DNA of 64,000 nt from Acidimicrobiia bacterium (lineage in GTDB: Bacteria > Actinomycetota > Acidimicrobiia > IMCC26256 > PALSA-610): contig JBBREP010000007.1 of NCBI GenBank assembly GCA_038202885.1, positions 12,327 through 76,326 on the forward strand, given 5' to 3'. A program made the translations under genes and the position numbers. This document shows, in pieces, positions 49,231 to 57,849 of the stretch. The stretch's first letter is position 1, and the number at the start of each line of letters is the position of its first letter. The notes under the pieces are model-generated. The model was not told the DNA's origin and ran no database searches. It was given only the letters and a program-made list of their open reading frames with translations.

Positions 49231-50070
49231 ATGGCCGCCAGTGACGGACCGGCGACCCCGCCGATCCAACGTGAGAACCCCTTTGAGTCGAACCGCACCC
49301 GGATCCTCGCGATCTCGAGCGGCAAGGGGGGCGTGGGCAAGAGTTCGGTCACGGCGAACCTGTCGATCGCGTTGGCCCAGCTGGGCCACAAGGTTGCGGC
49401 GATCGACGCCGATGTGTGGGGCTTCTCGATGCCGAGGATGCTCGGGATCACGCATGGCCCAGAGGTCGTCGACGAGGTCATCCAACCGCCATCGGCCCAC
49501 GGCGTACACCTCATCTCGATGGGCTTTTTCGCCCGGGAGGACCAGCCCGTCGTGTGGCGCGGGCCCATGCTGCACAAGGCCCTCAGCCAGTTCCTCACCG
49601 ATGTGGAGTGGGGCGACCCCGACTTCCTCGTGGTCGACATGCCGCCGGGCACGGGTGATGTGGCCATCTCGATGGCGCAGTTCCTGCCCCGCGCCGAGGT
49701 GATTGTGGTGACCACACCGCAGATCGCGGCCCAGAAGGTGGCCCAACGTGCTGCCTACATGGCCGAGAAGGTGAACCTCTCGGTGATCGGCGTGATCGAG
49801 AACATGTCGTGGTTCACGTGCGAGCACGGCGGGCGCTACGAGATCTTCGGTGGCGGCGGTGGTCAAGAGCTGGCCGATGCACTGAAGGTGCCACTGCTCG
49901 GCCAGGTGCCACTCGTGTCAGAGCTGCGCGAGGGGAGCGACGAAGGTCGCCCGATCGTGGCGCATAACCCCGACTCCGAGGCGAGCCTGGCGATCAAGGC
50001 CATTGCGTTGAAGGTTGCCGAAGAACTCGCGCCCAAGCGCATCTACCGTCCCGAGCTCAAGATCATCTAA
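49231..50070 (+). CDS. mrp: Mrp/NBP35 (ApbC) Fe-S carrier ATPase
   Basis: SGKGGVGKSS, WRGPM, DMPPGTGD, ENMS. Confidence 0.92.
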   Translation: MAASDGPATPPIQRENPFESNRTRILAISSGKGGVGKSSVTANLSIALAQLGHKVAAIDADVWGFSMPRMLGITHGPEVVDEVIQPPSAHGVHLISMGFFAREDQPVVWRGPMLHKALSQFLTDVEWGDPDFLVVDMPPGTGDVAISMAQFLPRAEVIVVTTPQIAAQKVAQRAAYMAEKVNLSVIGVIENMSWFTCEHGGRYEIFGGGGGQELADALKVPLLGQVPLVSELREGSDEGRPIVAHNPDSEASLAIKAIALKVAEELAPKRIYRPELKII

Positions 50071-50106
50071 CCAAGACGTGATCGGCCCACCGGTAGCGTC
50101 GTCGCC

Positions 50107-51072
50107 ATGGGTCCAGAGCCGGGTTGGCTTGAGCAGCGCCTGCTGTTCTTCACCGGCAAGGGCGGCACCGGCAAGAGCACCATCGCGGCTGCGACCGCGC
50201 TGCTCGCGGCGCAGCACGGGCGACGCGTGCTGCTCGTCGACGTCGATGCAAAGGGTTCGTGCGCGCGGCTGCTCGAACACGACGATGTCGGCTACGCCCC
50301 AGTCGTTGTGCAACCCGGCGTCTCCGCGATGGCGATGGACACCGAACGGTCGTTGCGCGAATACCTCAAGCTGCACCTGCGCGTTCCTGTTGTGGGCCGC
50401 ATTGGTCCGCTCGCGCGCGCCTTCGAATTCGTGGCGACTGCCGCGCCGGGCGTCAAGGAAATCCTCACGATCGGCAAGATCGTGTGGGAGGTCCGTGAGG
50501 CGATCGAAGGTCGGGCCGACCACGACATCGTGATCGTCGACGCAGCCGCGAGTGGCCATGTCGTGGCGCAGCTGGCCGCGCCGCAGACGATCCGCGACCT
50601 GGCCGACGTCGGGCCGTTGCGAGCCCAGACCGACTGGATGCTCGAGTTGCTGTCGGACGGCGCGATCACATCGGTCAACATTGTGACCACGCCCGAAGAG
50701 ATGCCGGTCGCCGAGACGATCGAGCTCGTCGATCGGATTCGCACCGAAACGCAGGTACATCTCGGCGCCATTGTGGTGAATCGCGTGCTTCCTGAGCTGT
50801 TCACGCGGCGTGACGAGGTGACGTTCGATGCGTTGCGCGACGAACCGATCGTCGCTCAGCTTGCCGGCGCGGTCGGGCCGGGTGTCGGCGCGGTGCTTGC
50901 GGGCGCTCGGCTCGCGGTCACGCTGCGCCGCACGCGCGCCGAACACCTCGACCGGTTGCGCGCCGCGGTGACGTCGCCACTGTTGTTCGTGCCGTATCAA
51001 TTCGGTGGCCAACAGGGTGTGCGCACGACGCGCCGCATCGCCGAATCGCTCGGCGAGGAGCTCGGGCTATGA
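50107..51072 (+). CDS. ArsA/GET3-like ATPase (Rv3679-like)
   Basis: TGKGGTGKST, APGVKEIL..GK, DAAASGH, PEEMPV.E. Confidence 0.88.
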   Translation: MGPEPGWLEQRLLFFTGKGGTGKSTIAAATALLAAQHGRRVLLVDVDAKGSCARLLEHDDVGYAPVVVQPGVSAMAMDTERSLREYLKLHLRVPVVGRIGPLARAFEFVATAAPGVKEILTIGKIVWEVREAIEGRADHDIVIVDAAASGHVVAQLAAPQTIRDLADVGPLRAQTDWMLELLSDGAITSVNIVTTPEEMPVAETIELVDRIRTETQVHLGAIVVNRVLPELFTRRDEVTFDALRDEPIVAQLAGAVGPGVGAVLAGARLAVTLRRTRAEHLDRLRAAVTSPLLFVPYQFGGQQGVRTTRRIAESLGEELGL

Positions 51073-51118
51073 GCCCCCAGGGGCGCGAACGGCGTATCTC
51101 CGACGGGTCCAGGATGAG
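51069..51118 (+). repeat. Dispersed repeat, partial copy D at the ATGA junction
   Basis: ATGAGCCCCCAGGGGCGCGA; second ATGAG 45 nt later. Confidence 0.55.
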
Positions 51119-52355
51119 TGCGTCGCTCGCCTCGTTGCTCACCGGCAAGGAGATCGTCGTGTGCTGCGGTTCGGGCGGCGTCGGCAAGACGAGCGTGGCT
51201 GCGGCATTGGCGCTCGCGGCGGCCGAACATCGCGACGGCAAAGTGCTCGTACTCACCGTCGACCCGGCGCGCCGGCTCGCGACCGCGCTCGGTATTGACG
51301 GCATCGGCAACCTGGAACGACGCGTCGACCCCGCTCTGCTCGCGGCAGCCGGCATTGATGCGCGCGCCGAGGTGTGGGCCGCGATGCTCGACACAAAGCA
51401 GAGTTGGGACGCGCTTGTGTTGCGGCACACTCCCGACGCCGAGACGGCGTATCGCATCCTGCACAACCGCCTCTACGCAAACCTCACGGCTCGCTTTGTG
51501 CAGAGCCACGACTACATCGCCGTCGAACGTCTCTACGAGCTTCACAGTTCCGGGACCTACGACCTGATCATCGTCGACACGCCCCCCACACGTAACGCGG
51601 TGGACTTCCTCGACGCGCCGCAACGCATGGCCGAGTTCTTCGGCGGCCGTCTCCTACGTTGGCTGACGCTGCCGTATCGCGTCGGTGGCACACGAGGGGC
51701 GCGGATGTTGAACGTGGCGAGTCGACCCTTCTACCAAATCGCTGACCGCCTGATCGGGAGCAAGTTCCTGGAAGAAATCGCCAACTTCTTCTTGAACTTC
51801 CAGTCGATGTACGAGGGATTCGTGACTCGCTCGGGTGCCGTAGAACGGTTGTTGCGCGATCGTCGCACGACGTTTGCTGTTGTCACCACGCTCGAAGCCG
51901 CGCCGCTGCGCGAGGCCGAGGATTTCTGCCGTGAGTTGTTGGCGCGCGACCTGCATCTGGGCGCGCTCGTTTGCAACCGGGTGTTGCCCGATTATTTCGT
52001 CGTCCCCGAGGTGGTCTCCGCCGCCCGCGACCTCGGTGCGCGCGCCGATGATCTCGGTGGCGAAGTCTCGGCCGCATTCGGTGCCGACCGGGAGGCGCTG
52101 GCCGACGCCGGCGCCGTCGCGCGGGTACTCCACACGGTGGCCCGGTCGTTTCGTGATTTCTCGCTCGTGGGAGCCCAAGAGCATCAGTTGCGGGCCGATC
52201 TGTCTCGCGTGCCCGACGTGACCGTCACTGTGCCGATGCGCTCCTCTGATGTTGCCGACGTGGTGGGGCTGGCCTGGATCGCTCGACGTCTTTTGGGTGC
52301 CGAGGACCGCGCGGTCGATGATGACGGCGTGGCCAGCGATGGGATCGGCGCATGA
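51069..52355 (+). CDS. ArsA/GET3-like ATPase (Rv3680-like)
   Basis: GSGGVGKTS, DPARRLA, DTPPTRNA.DFL; alternative start at 51114. Confidence 0.88.
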   Translation: MSPQGRERRISDGSRMSASLASLLTGKEIVVCCGSGGVGKTSVAAALALAAAEHRDGKVLVLTVDPARRLATALGIDGIGNLERRVDPALLAAAGIDARAEVWAAMLDTKQSWDALVLRHTPDAETAYRILHNRLYANLTARFVQSHDYIAVERLYELHSSGTYDLIIVDTPPTRNAVDFLDAPQRMAEFFGGRLLRWLTLPYRVGGTRGARMLNVASRPFYQIADRLIGSKFLEEIANFFLNFQSMYEGFVTRSGAVERLLRDRRTTFAVVTTLEAAPLREAEDFCRELLARDLHLGALVCNRVLPDYFVVPEVVSAARDLGARADDLGGEVSAAFGADREALADAGAVARVLHTVARSFRDFSLVGAQEHQLRADLSRVPDVTVTVPMRSSDVADVVGLAWIARRLLGAEDRAVDDDGVASDGIGA

Positions 52356-53812
52356 CGACGTTCGATGATCTCGTTCGTACGCGCACGACGCTGCGAGGAC
52401 GGTCGCTCAGCCACGTTCGTCGGCTGGCCTCGACGTGGCGAGCGTTGGCCGACCTGTCGTTTTCCGATTTGTTGTTGTTGGGATCGCTTGAGGGCGATGA
52501 AGGCCACCGCTTCGTCGTGCTCGCACAAGTGCGCCCGACCACGGGTCAGACGCTGTATCCGGCCGACATGGTCGGGACAATCGTCGATGAGGTCGAGCGA
52601 CCGATGCTCACGCGCGTGTGGCGATTGGGAGAGATCGTCGAGTCGGACACGAGCGCCCTCGGCTCGAAGGAACGCGTGCGGGTGCAGGTGATCCCGGTGC
52701 GGGTCGGCGACGAACTCGTGGCGCTGCTGACACGCGAGTACGTGCCCAACCTCGGTCGTCGGCCCGGCGAGTTGGAGCGCACGTACCTCGAGGTGTTTCA
52801 ACGCTTCGCCCGGATGGTCGCCGACGGGGTGTTCCCGTTCGCCCGCGAGGAGGAGGAGTTCGAGACCGCGCCCCGCGTCGGCGACGGCGTGCTCGTGGTC
52901 GACGCCGATACGCGCGTGCGGTTCGCGAGCCCGAACGCCGTCAGTTCAATGCACCGGATGGGCATTCACGCGTACGCGCAAGGGATGCGCCTTCGCGAGA
53001 TCGGATTCGACGACGGACCCGTCGTCGAAGCGTTCCGTGAGGTGCATCCAGTGCTCGAAGAGGTCGAACGCAACGACGTCGTGATCGTGGTGCGAGCGAT
53101 TCCGCTCGTGGATGCGGCCGAACTCACCGGTGGGATCGTCTTGGTGCGCGATGTCACCGACGTGCGTCGCCGTGACCGCATGCTCATGTCGAAGGACGCC
53201 ACGATCCGTGAGATACATCACCGCGTGAAGAACAACCTCCAAACGATTGCGTCGCTGTTGCGCCTCCAGCGCCGTCGGCTCACGAGCGTGGAGGCCCGAG
53301 CCGCGCTCGCGGAGTCGGAGCGCCGCATCCGTTCGATCGCGATCGTGCACGAGACGTTGTCACGCGACGCAGGCGACGTGGTCGACTTCACCGACATCGT
53401 CAAGCCGCTCGTGCGCGAGGTCGAGGACAGCGTGTCGTCGCAAGACCTGTCGATTCACTTCACGGTCGAGGGCGACGCAGGGGAGCTACCGGGAGAGGTC
53501 GCCACGCCCGTCGCGGTTGTGCTCAATGAGCTCATGCAGAATGCCGTCGACCACGCGTTCGTCGATCGAACGCTCGGAACCGTGCGCATCGAATTGACGC
53601 GCCGCCCGGACCACCTCGAGATCGATGTGGTCGACGACGGCGTAGGTCTGCCCGACCAGTTCACCCTCGACGGGTCGACGGGCCTGGGCCTCTCGATCGT
53701 GAAGGCGCTCGTCACCGGGGAACTGGGCGGCTCCATCGAGATGCGAGCGACCGATTCGGGAACGCGTGTGCACGTGCGCGTACCGGTCAGTGTGCCCCGT
53801 GTGGAGGTGTGA
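52352..53812 (+). CDS. pdtaS: Cytoplasmic GAF/PAS sensor histidine kinase
   Basis: ADLSFSDL, Q.RPTT, KDATIREIHHRVKNNLQ, DDGVG, GLGL. Confidence 0.9.
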   Translation: MTTFDDLVRTRTTLRGRSLSHVRRLASTWRALADLSFSDLLLLGSLEGDEGHRFVVLAQVRPTTGQTLYPADMVGTIVDEVERPMLTRVWRLGEIVESDTSALGSKERVRVQVIPVRVGDELVALLTREYVPNLGRRPGELERTYLEVFQRFARMVADGVFPFAREEEEFETAPRVGDGVLVVDADTRVRFASPNAVSSMHRMGIHAYAQGMRLREIGFDDGPVVEAFREVHPVLEEVERNDVVIVVRAIPLVDAAELTGGIVLVRDVTDVRRRDRMLMSKDATIREIHHRVKNNLQTIASLLRLQRRRLTSVEARAALAESERRIRSIAIVHETLSRDAGDVVDFTDIVKPLVREVEDSVSSQDLSIHFTVEGDAGELPGEVATPVAVVLNELMQNAVDHAFVDRTLGTVRIELTRRPDHLEIDVVDDGVGLPDQFTLDGSTGLGLSIVKALVTGELGGSIEMRATDSGTRVHVRVPVSVPRVEV

Positions 53813-53843
53813 CCTGTGGAGGTGTGACCTGTCGAGGTGTGAC
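53800..53843. repeat. 15-bp tandem repeat x3 spanning the pdtaS stop codon
   Basis: TGTGGAGGTGTGACC TGTGGAGGTGTGACC TGTCGAGGTGTGAC. Confidence 0.92.
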
Positions 53844-53855
53844 GTGTGACCGGGT

Positions 53856-54146
53856 TCAGACGGCGGCGGTTGCGGCGGCTTGACGCTCGCGGCGCATCTG
53901 GCGACGCTCGTCTTCGGTGAGGCCGCCCCAGATTCCGGAGTCCTGGTTCGTCATCAGCGCGAACTCGAGGCACTGCGGCCCGGCGTGGCACTGGGCGCAG
54001 ATCGCCTTGGCCGCCGCGATCTGGTCGAGGGCCATGCCCGTGGTGCCGATCGGGAAGAACAGCTCCGGGCTGGTGTCGCGACACAACGCGTGCTCTCGCC
54101 AGTCCTCGGCATCCCAATCGTGCGTGCGGATCCATGTGAGCGCCAC
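53856..54146 (-). CDS. whiB1: WhiB family Fe-S regulator (WhiB1/WblE type)
   Basis: Four Cys, PELFFPIG, GIWGG.TEDER; GAGGAGG SD before GTG. Confidence 0.9.
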   Translation of the reverse strand: MALTWIRTHDWDAEDWREHALCRDTSPELFFPIGTTGMALDQIAAAKAICAQCHAGPQCLEFALMTNQDSGIWGGLTEDERRQMRRERQAAATAAV

Positions 54147-54287
54147 GGGGTGTCGTCCTCCTCGTCTCGGACGTCGTATTGTCGTCGTATCGTCGAAATA
54201 TCGTCGAAATATCGTCGTCGTGTCTTCGCGTCGTGCCGTGTCGTGTGGTCGCGCGGGCTTGCATCCTGCGCGCCTGACGTGCCCGTC

Positions 54288-54316
54288 AACGTACCGGCGT
54301 TGCATGCCATGTGCAA
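54288..54316 (-). promoter_or_regulatory. Sigma-70 promoter of whiB
   Basis: TTGCAC-N17-TACGTT; TTGCA-N7-TGCAA palindrome overlaps the -35. Confidence 0.6.
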
Positions 54317-54421
54317 GGGCTGTGACCTGGTCTTTTGACGGTGGAACTGGAACGTGTTCCCGTTTGTTACCAGTATGTCCGAATGCCATTGATGTGACTC
54401 AAGGGGCGTACGGGGGAGGGT

Positions 54422-55186
54422 TTGGCCGAAGTGTCTGGTGTGCATCGTGACGCGGGAGAGCCGCCGAAGTCACGACCGGGACGGCCGCTCGTGCTCGGCC
54501 ATCGCGGCGCGTCGCACCGCGCCCCGGAGAACACAGTCGAGGCCTTTGCCCTCGCTGCGGCCATGGGTGCCGACGGGGTGGAACTCGACGTGCATCGCTG
54601 CGCCGACGGCGCGCTGGTGGTGCATCACGATGCTGACATCGCCGGCTTCGGGCTGATCAAAGACGCCGATCTGGGCGCGCTGCGAACGGCCCGACCCGAC
54701 GTGCCGACGCTCGCCGAAGCGCTCGACGCGTGCGCCGGGATGCGTTTGGTCAACATCGAGATGAAGTGCTGTTCCTGGGATCCCGATCCCGATCCTGCGC
54801 GCGTCGTCGCACGTGGCGTCGCCGCGCAGGTCGCAGCGCGCGACACCTATGCCACCACGGTCGTGTCGTCGTTCGACCTGTCGATGATCGACGATCTGCG
54901 CGCCATCGACGACGCACTCACCACGGGGTGGCTGATCCAGGGCAAGGACCCGGCGCAGTTGCTCGCCAAGGCCCGTGATCGTGGCCACCGTTGGTTGCAT
55001 CCCGATTGGGGCAACCTGCTGGTGCATCTCGACGCGACGATGGCGGCGGCGCGCGACGCCGACGTGTCGATCGCCACCTGGACGGTCGATGACCCCGACG
55101 CGATGCGCGCGTTCGCGGCCGCGGGCGTCGGCGTGATCATCACGAACGAACCCGACACGGCACTGCGCGCACTCGCTACGGCCTGA
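54422..55186 (+). CDS. Glycerophosphodiester phosphodiesterase
   Basis: GHRGAS..APENT, ELDVH, VVHHD, NIEMK, WTVD; start uncertain. Confidence 0.9.
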   Translation: MAEVSGVHRDAGEPPKSRPGRPLVLGHRGASHRAPENTVEAFALAAAMGADGVELDVHRCADGALVVHHDADIAGFGLIKDADLGALRTARPDVPTLAEALDACAGMRLVNIEMKCCSWDPDPDPARVVARGVAAQVAARDTYATTVVSSFDLSMIDDLRAIDDALTTGWLIQGKDPAQLLAKARDRGHRWLHPDWGNLLVHLDATMAAARDADVSIATWTVDDPDAMRAFAAAGVGVIITNEPDTALRALATA

Positions 55187-55234
55187 CGACGTTCTGTCGT
55201 CCGGTCCTGCTCGCCGCCTGGTCGCGCGGCCGGC

Positions 55235-56173
55235 TTACGAGGCCGGTTCGTCGACGGTGAATGGTGTGACGAGCGTGATGGCGTCGGGCACGTGCGTGAT
55301 CACGAGTCGTGACGCGTCGCCGAGGTCGTCGCCGTCGACCTGGTGCGCGAGAGGTCGGCGCGCCGTCACAACACAACGACCGATATCGGTGCGGCGTTCC
55401 ACACCTTTGCGGCGCCGGAGGAATCGCCCCGAACCCATCGCGGATGCCGAACTGCCGAGCAACGTGACGACGTCGAGGCGTGTGAATGCCGTCAGCGCCA
55501 GTGGTGTGTGCAGTCCGGCCGCGGGCTCCACGTGAAGGGGCCGATGGCCGAGGTAGGTATAGGGCGACATCTTGTGCACGATCGCGAAGTAGACGCCGTC
55601 GATACATTCACCGTCGCCAAGTTCGAGATCGAACCCCGGTGATGAACGGTCGAAGCCGCGAAGCCACGTGTCGAACGCGGCCGCGACATAGATCGCATGC
55701 GCGGCATGGCGCTTGAACCGCCCGTAGCGCTCCACCTGGCGGATGACGGCGGCGTCGAAGCCGAGGCCGCAGTGGAACAAGAAGTGACGGTCGTTGACGC
55801 GGCCGACGCCGATGCGCGTGGTGCTGTTCGTCTCGAGGCTTTGGATCAAGACCGACGCAGCGTCGACCGGGTCGGTCGGAACGCCGATCGATTGCGCGTA
55901 CACGTTGGTGGAGCCACCGGGGAGCGGCGCGAGCATCGTGGGCGTGCCGACGAGCCCGTTGGCCGCTTCGTTGAGCGTGCCGTCACCGGCGAGCACGACG
56001 ACGAGATCGACGCCGTCGGCCGCGGCCTTGGCCGCGAGTTCAGTGGCATGGCCGCGATGCGTGGTTTCGACCGCTTCGAGGTCGTGGTCGGCGGCGAGCG
56101 CCTTGCGGATCACGACGCGCCGGCGTGCGCTGTAGGACGATGCCACGGCGTTGGCAATGAGCAGGATCCGCAT
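55235..56173 (-). CDS. Diacylglycerol/lipid kinase family protein (Rv3218-like)
   Basis: AGDGTLNE, PGGSTNV, QVDGD. Confidence 0.9.
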   Translation of the reverse strand: MRILLIANAVASSYSARRRVVIRKALAADHDLEAVETTHRGHATELAAKAAADGVDLVVVLAGDGTLNEAANGLVGTPTMLAPLPGGSTNVYAQSIGVPTDPVDAASVLIQSLETNSTTRIGVGRVNDRHFLFHCGLGFDAAVIRQVERYGRFKRHAAHAIYVAAAFDTWLRGFDRSSPGFDLELGDGECIDGVYFAIVHKMSPYTYLGHRPLHVEPAAGLHTPLALTAFTRLDVVTLLGSSASAMGSGRFLRRRKGVERRTDIGRCVVTARRPLAHQVDGDDLGDASRLVITHVPDAITLVTPFTVDEPAS

Positions 56174-56200
56174 TGCTCGGGGAGCCTACGTTGACTCGCT

Positions 56201-56902
56201 GTGGCCCGCCGTGACCGAACCGACTCGTTGGCACGGTTGTCTGACGAGATCAGCGCCTGCCGCGCGTGTGCCCGGTTGGTGGCCTGGCGCGAGGAAATCG
56301 CGCACGACAAACGGGCCTCGTTCGCGAATGAGGAGTACTGGGGCCGGGGCGTACCCGGGTTCGGTGATCCGCAGGCGCGGCTACTCATCGTCGGGCTGGC
56401 CCCGGCCGCGCACGGGGCGAACCGAACCGGGCGTGTGTTCACGGGTGATCGCTCGGGCGATTTCTTGTTCGCGTCGCTGCATCGGTGTGGTTACGCGAAC
56501 CAAGCGCGTTGCGTGGCGCGTGACGACGGCCTGAAGCTGCGCGACGCCTACGTGGCCGCCGCGGTGCGGTGTGCGCCGCCCGCGAACAAGCCGACGCCTG
56601 CCGAGCGCGACACGTGCCGCCCGTTCCTCGTGCGTGAGCTGACCCTGCTCACCGAGGGGCGCGTGATCGTTGCGTTGGGTGCGTTCGCCTACGACGCGAT
56701 CTGGGCGACGCTGCGCGAGGCCGGCGTCGACCTACCGGCGCGACGAGCCCGCTTCGGCCACCTCGTCGAGCAACCGGCCTCGCAGTACACGATCGTGTGC
56801 TCATTTCACCCGAGCCAACAGAACACCTTCACCGGCCGGCTCACCGAACCCATGCTCGACGCCGTCTTCACCCGGGCCCGCGCGCTCACGACACCGTTGT
56901 GA
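56201..56902 (+). CDS. udgB: Family 5 uracil-DNA glycosylase
   Basis: CRAC, GLAPAAHGANRTG, HPSQQNTFTG. Confidence 0.92.
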   Translation: MARRDRTDSLARLSDEISACRACARLVAWREEIAHDKRASFANEEYWGRGVPGFGDPQARLLIVGLAPAAHGANRTGRVFTGDRSGDFLFASLHRCGYANQARCVARDDGLKLRDAYVAAAVRCAPPANKPTPAERDTCRPFLVRELTLLTEGRVIVALGAFAYDAIWATLREAGVDLPARRARFGHLVEQPASQYTIVCSFHPSQQNTFTGRLTEPMLDAVFTRARALTTPL

Positions 56903-56913
56903 TGATGTGACGG

Positions 56914-57786
56914 TTACTTGAGCAGGGCGATGAGTTCGGCGATGCCGTAGCCGAGGCCGACGGTGCCGAGGATCGAGCCGAGCGCGAACCGGAGGTGGCG
57001 GTCGCTCGCCTGGATCGCGAAGTGCGCGCCGAGCCGAGCGCCGGGGACCACGCCCAGACATAGCGGGAGCGCGTACACCCAGTTCACGGTGCCCTCGTAG
57101 ATGTGCGTCAGGGACGACGGAATGGCGATGAGCCCGACACACGCCAGCGAGGTGGCGACGGTCTCCTTCAGCGGGAGCTTGAGCCAGCCGCGAAAGGTCG
57201 GTGCCATGAAGATGCCGCCGCCCACACCGAGGAAGCCGGACAGCGCGCCGGCGCCGAGTCCGATGACGGCACATGCGAACGTCGGGAGCGTGAGCCGTGG
57301 GGGTGCCGCGGTCGTGGGCGCGGCCGTCGGCGCGGCCGTGGGCTGGGGCGCGTGGGTGAGCGTGCGGGCGGTGGTGCGCGCGCCGTCGGCTCCGGTGGCC
57401 ACCGGCACTGGTGTCCTCGGCGGGCGCGACGCTCGGTACGCGGTGAACAGCACAAGCCCCGCGGTGAGCAGCATCTGCACGTGGCCTTTGCCCGGGAAGT
57501 GCACCGAGGCGACGGCCCCGGCGACGCTCGCGGCGCAGCCCCACGGCGCAACCTTGGCGACGACGGACCAGCGCACGAGGCGCTCGCGGTGATAGCGCAT
57601 GGCACCGGCGATCGCCGACGGCAGGACCGAGGGAAGCGTGGAGCCGATGCCCTCGATCGGCGTTGCGCCAAGCACCCGGATACCGGGCGTCGAGATCACC
57701 GCGCCGCCCACGCCGAACATCGCCGACAGGACACCAGTGAGCACGCCGAGGAACACGCACAGCGCAATCACGAACCCGACCGGCAC
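56914..57786 (-). CDS. TSUP (TauE/SafE) transporter
   Basis: FGVGG, GFLGVGGG, ATSL; GTG 6 nt after TACAGT. Confidence 0.88.
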   Translation of the reverse strand: MPVGFVIALCVFLGVLTGVLSAMFGVGGAVISTPGIRVLGATPIEGIGSTLPSVLPSAIAGAMRYHRERLVRWSVVAKVAPWGCAASVAGAVASVHFPGKGHVQMLLTAGLVLFTAYRASRPPRTPVPVATGADGARTTARTLTHAPQPTAAPTAAPTTAAPPRLTLPTFACAVIGLGAGALSGFLGVGGGIFMAPTFRGWLKLPLKETVATSLACVGLIAIPSSLTHIYEGTVNWVYALPLCLGVVPGARLGAHFAIQASDRHLRFALGSILGTVGLGYGIAELIALLK

Positions 57787-57849
57787 GGACGGACTGTAGG
57801 CGAGCGAATCTCGCCGGAACGCGTCGGGCGGGGCCACTACAGTTGTTCC

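Noticed and set aside
50107-52355. Arsenic resistance operon
   Set aside because: No arsB, acr3, arsC or arsD nearby; the pair matches the Rv3679/Rv3680-like ATPases
53800-53843. Short tandem repeats (also 3044-3090) as a CRISPR array
   Set aside because: No unique spacers, too few units, no cas genes
54321-54336. CRP site upstream of whiB1, as in M. tuberculosis
   Set aside because: Only the TGTGA half-site is present; no TCACA at the 6-nt spacing
54398-54430. Third sigma-28-like promoter (CTCA...GCCGAA)
   Set aside because: The 22-nt spacer is too long
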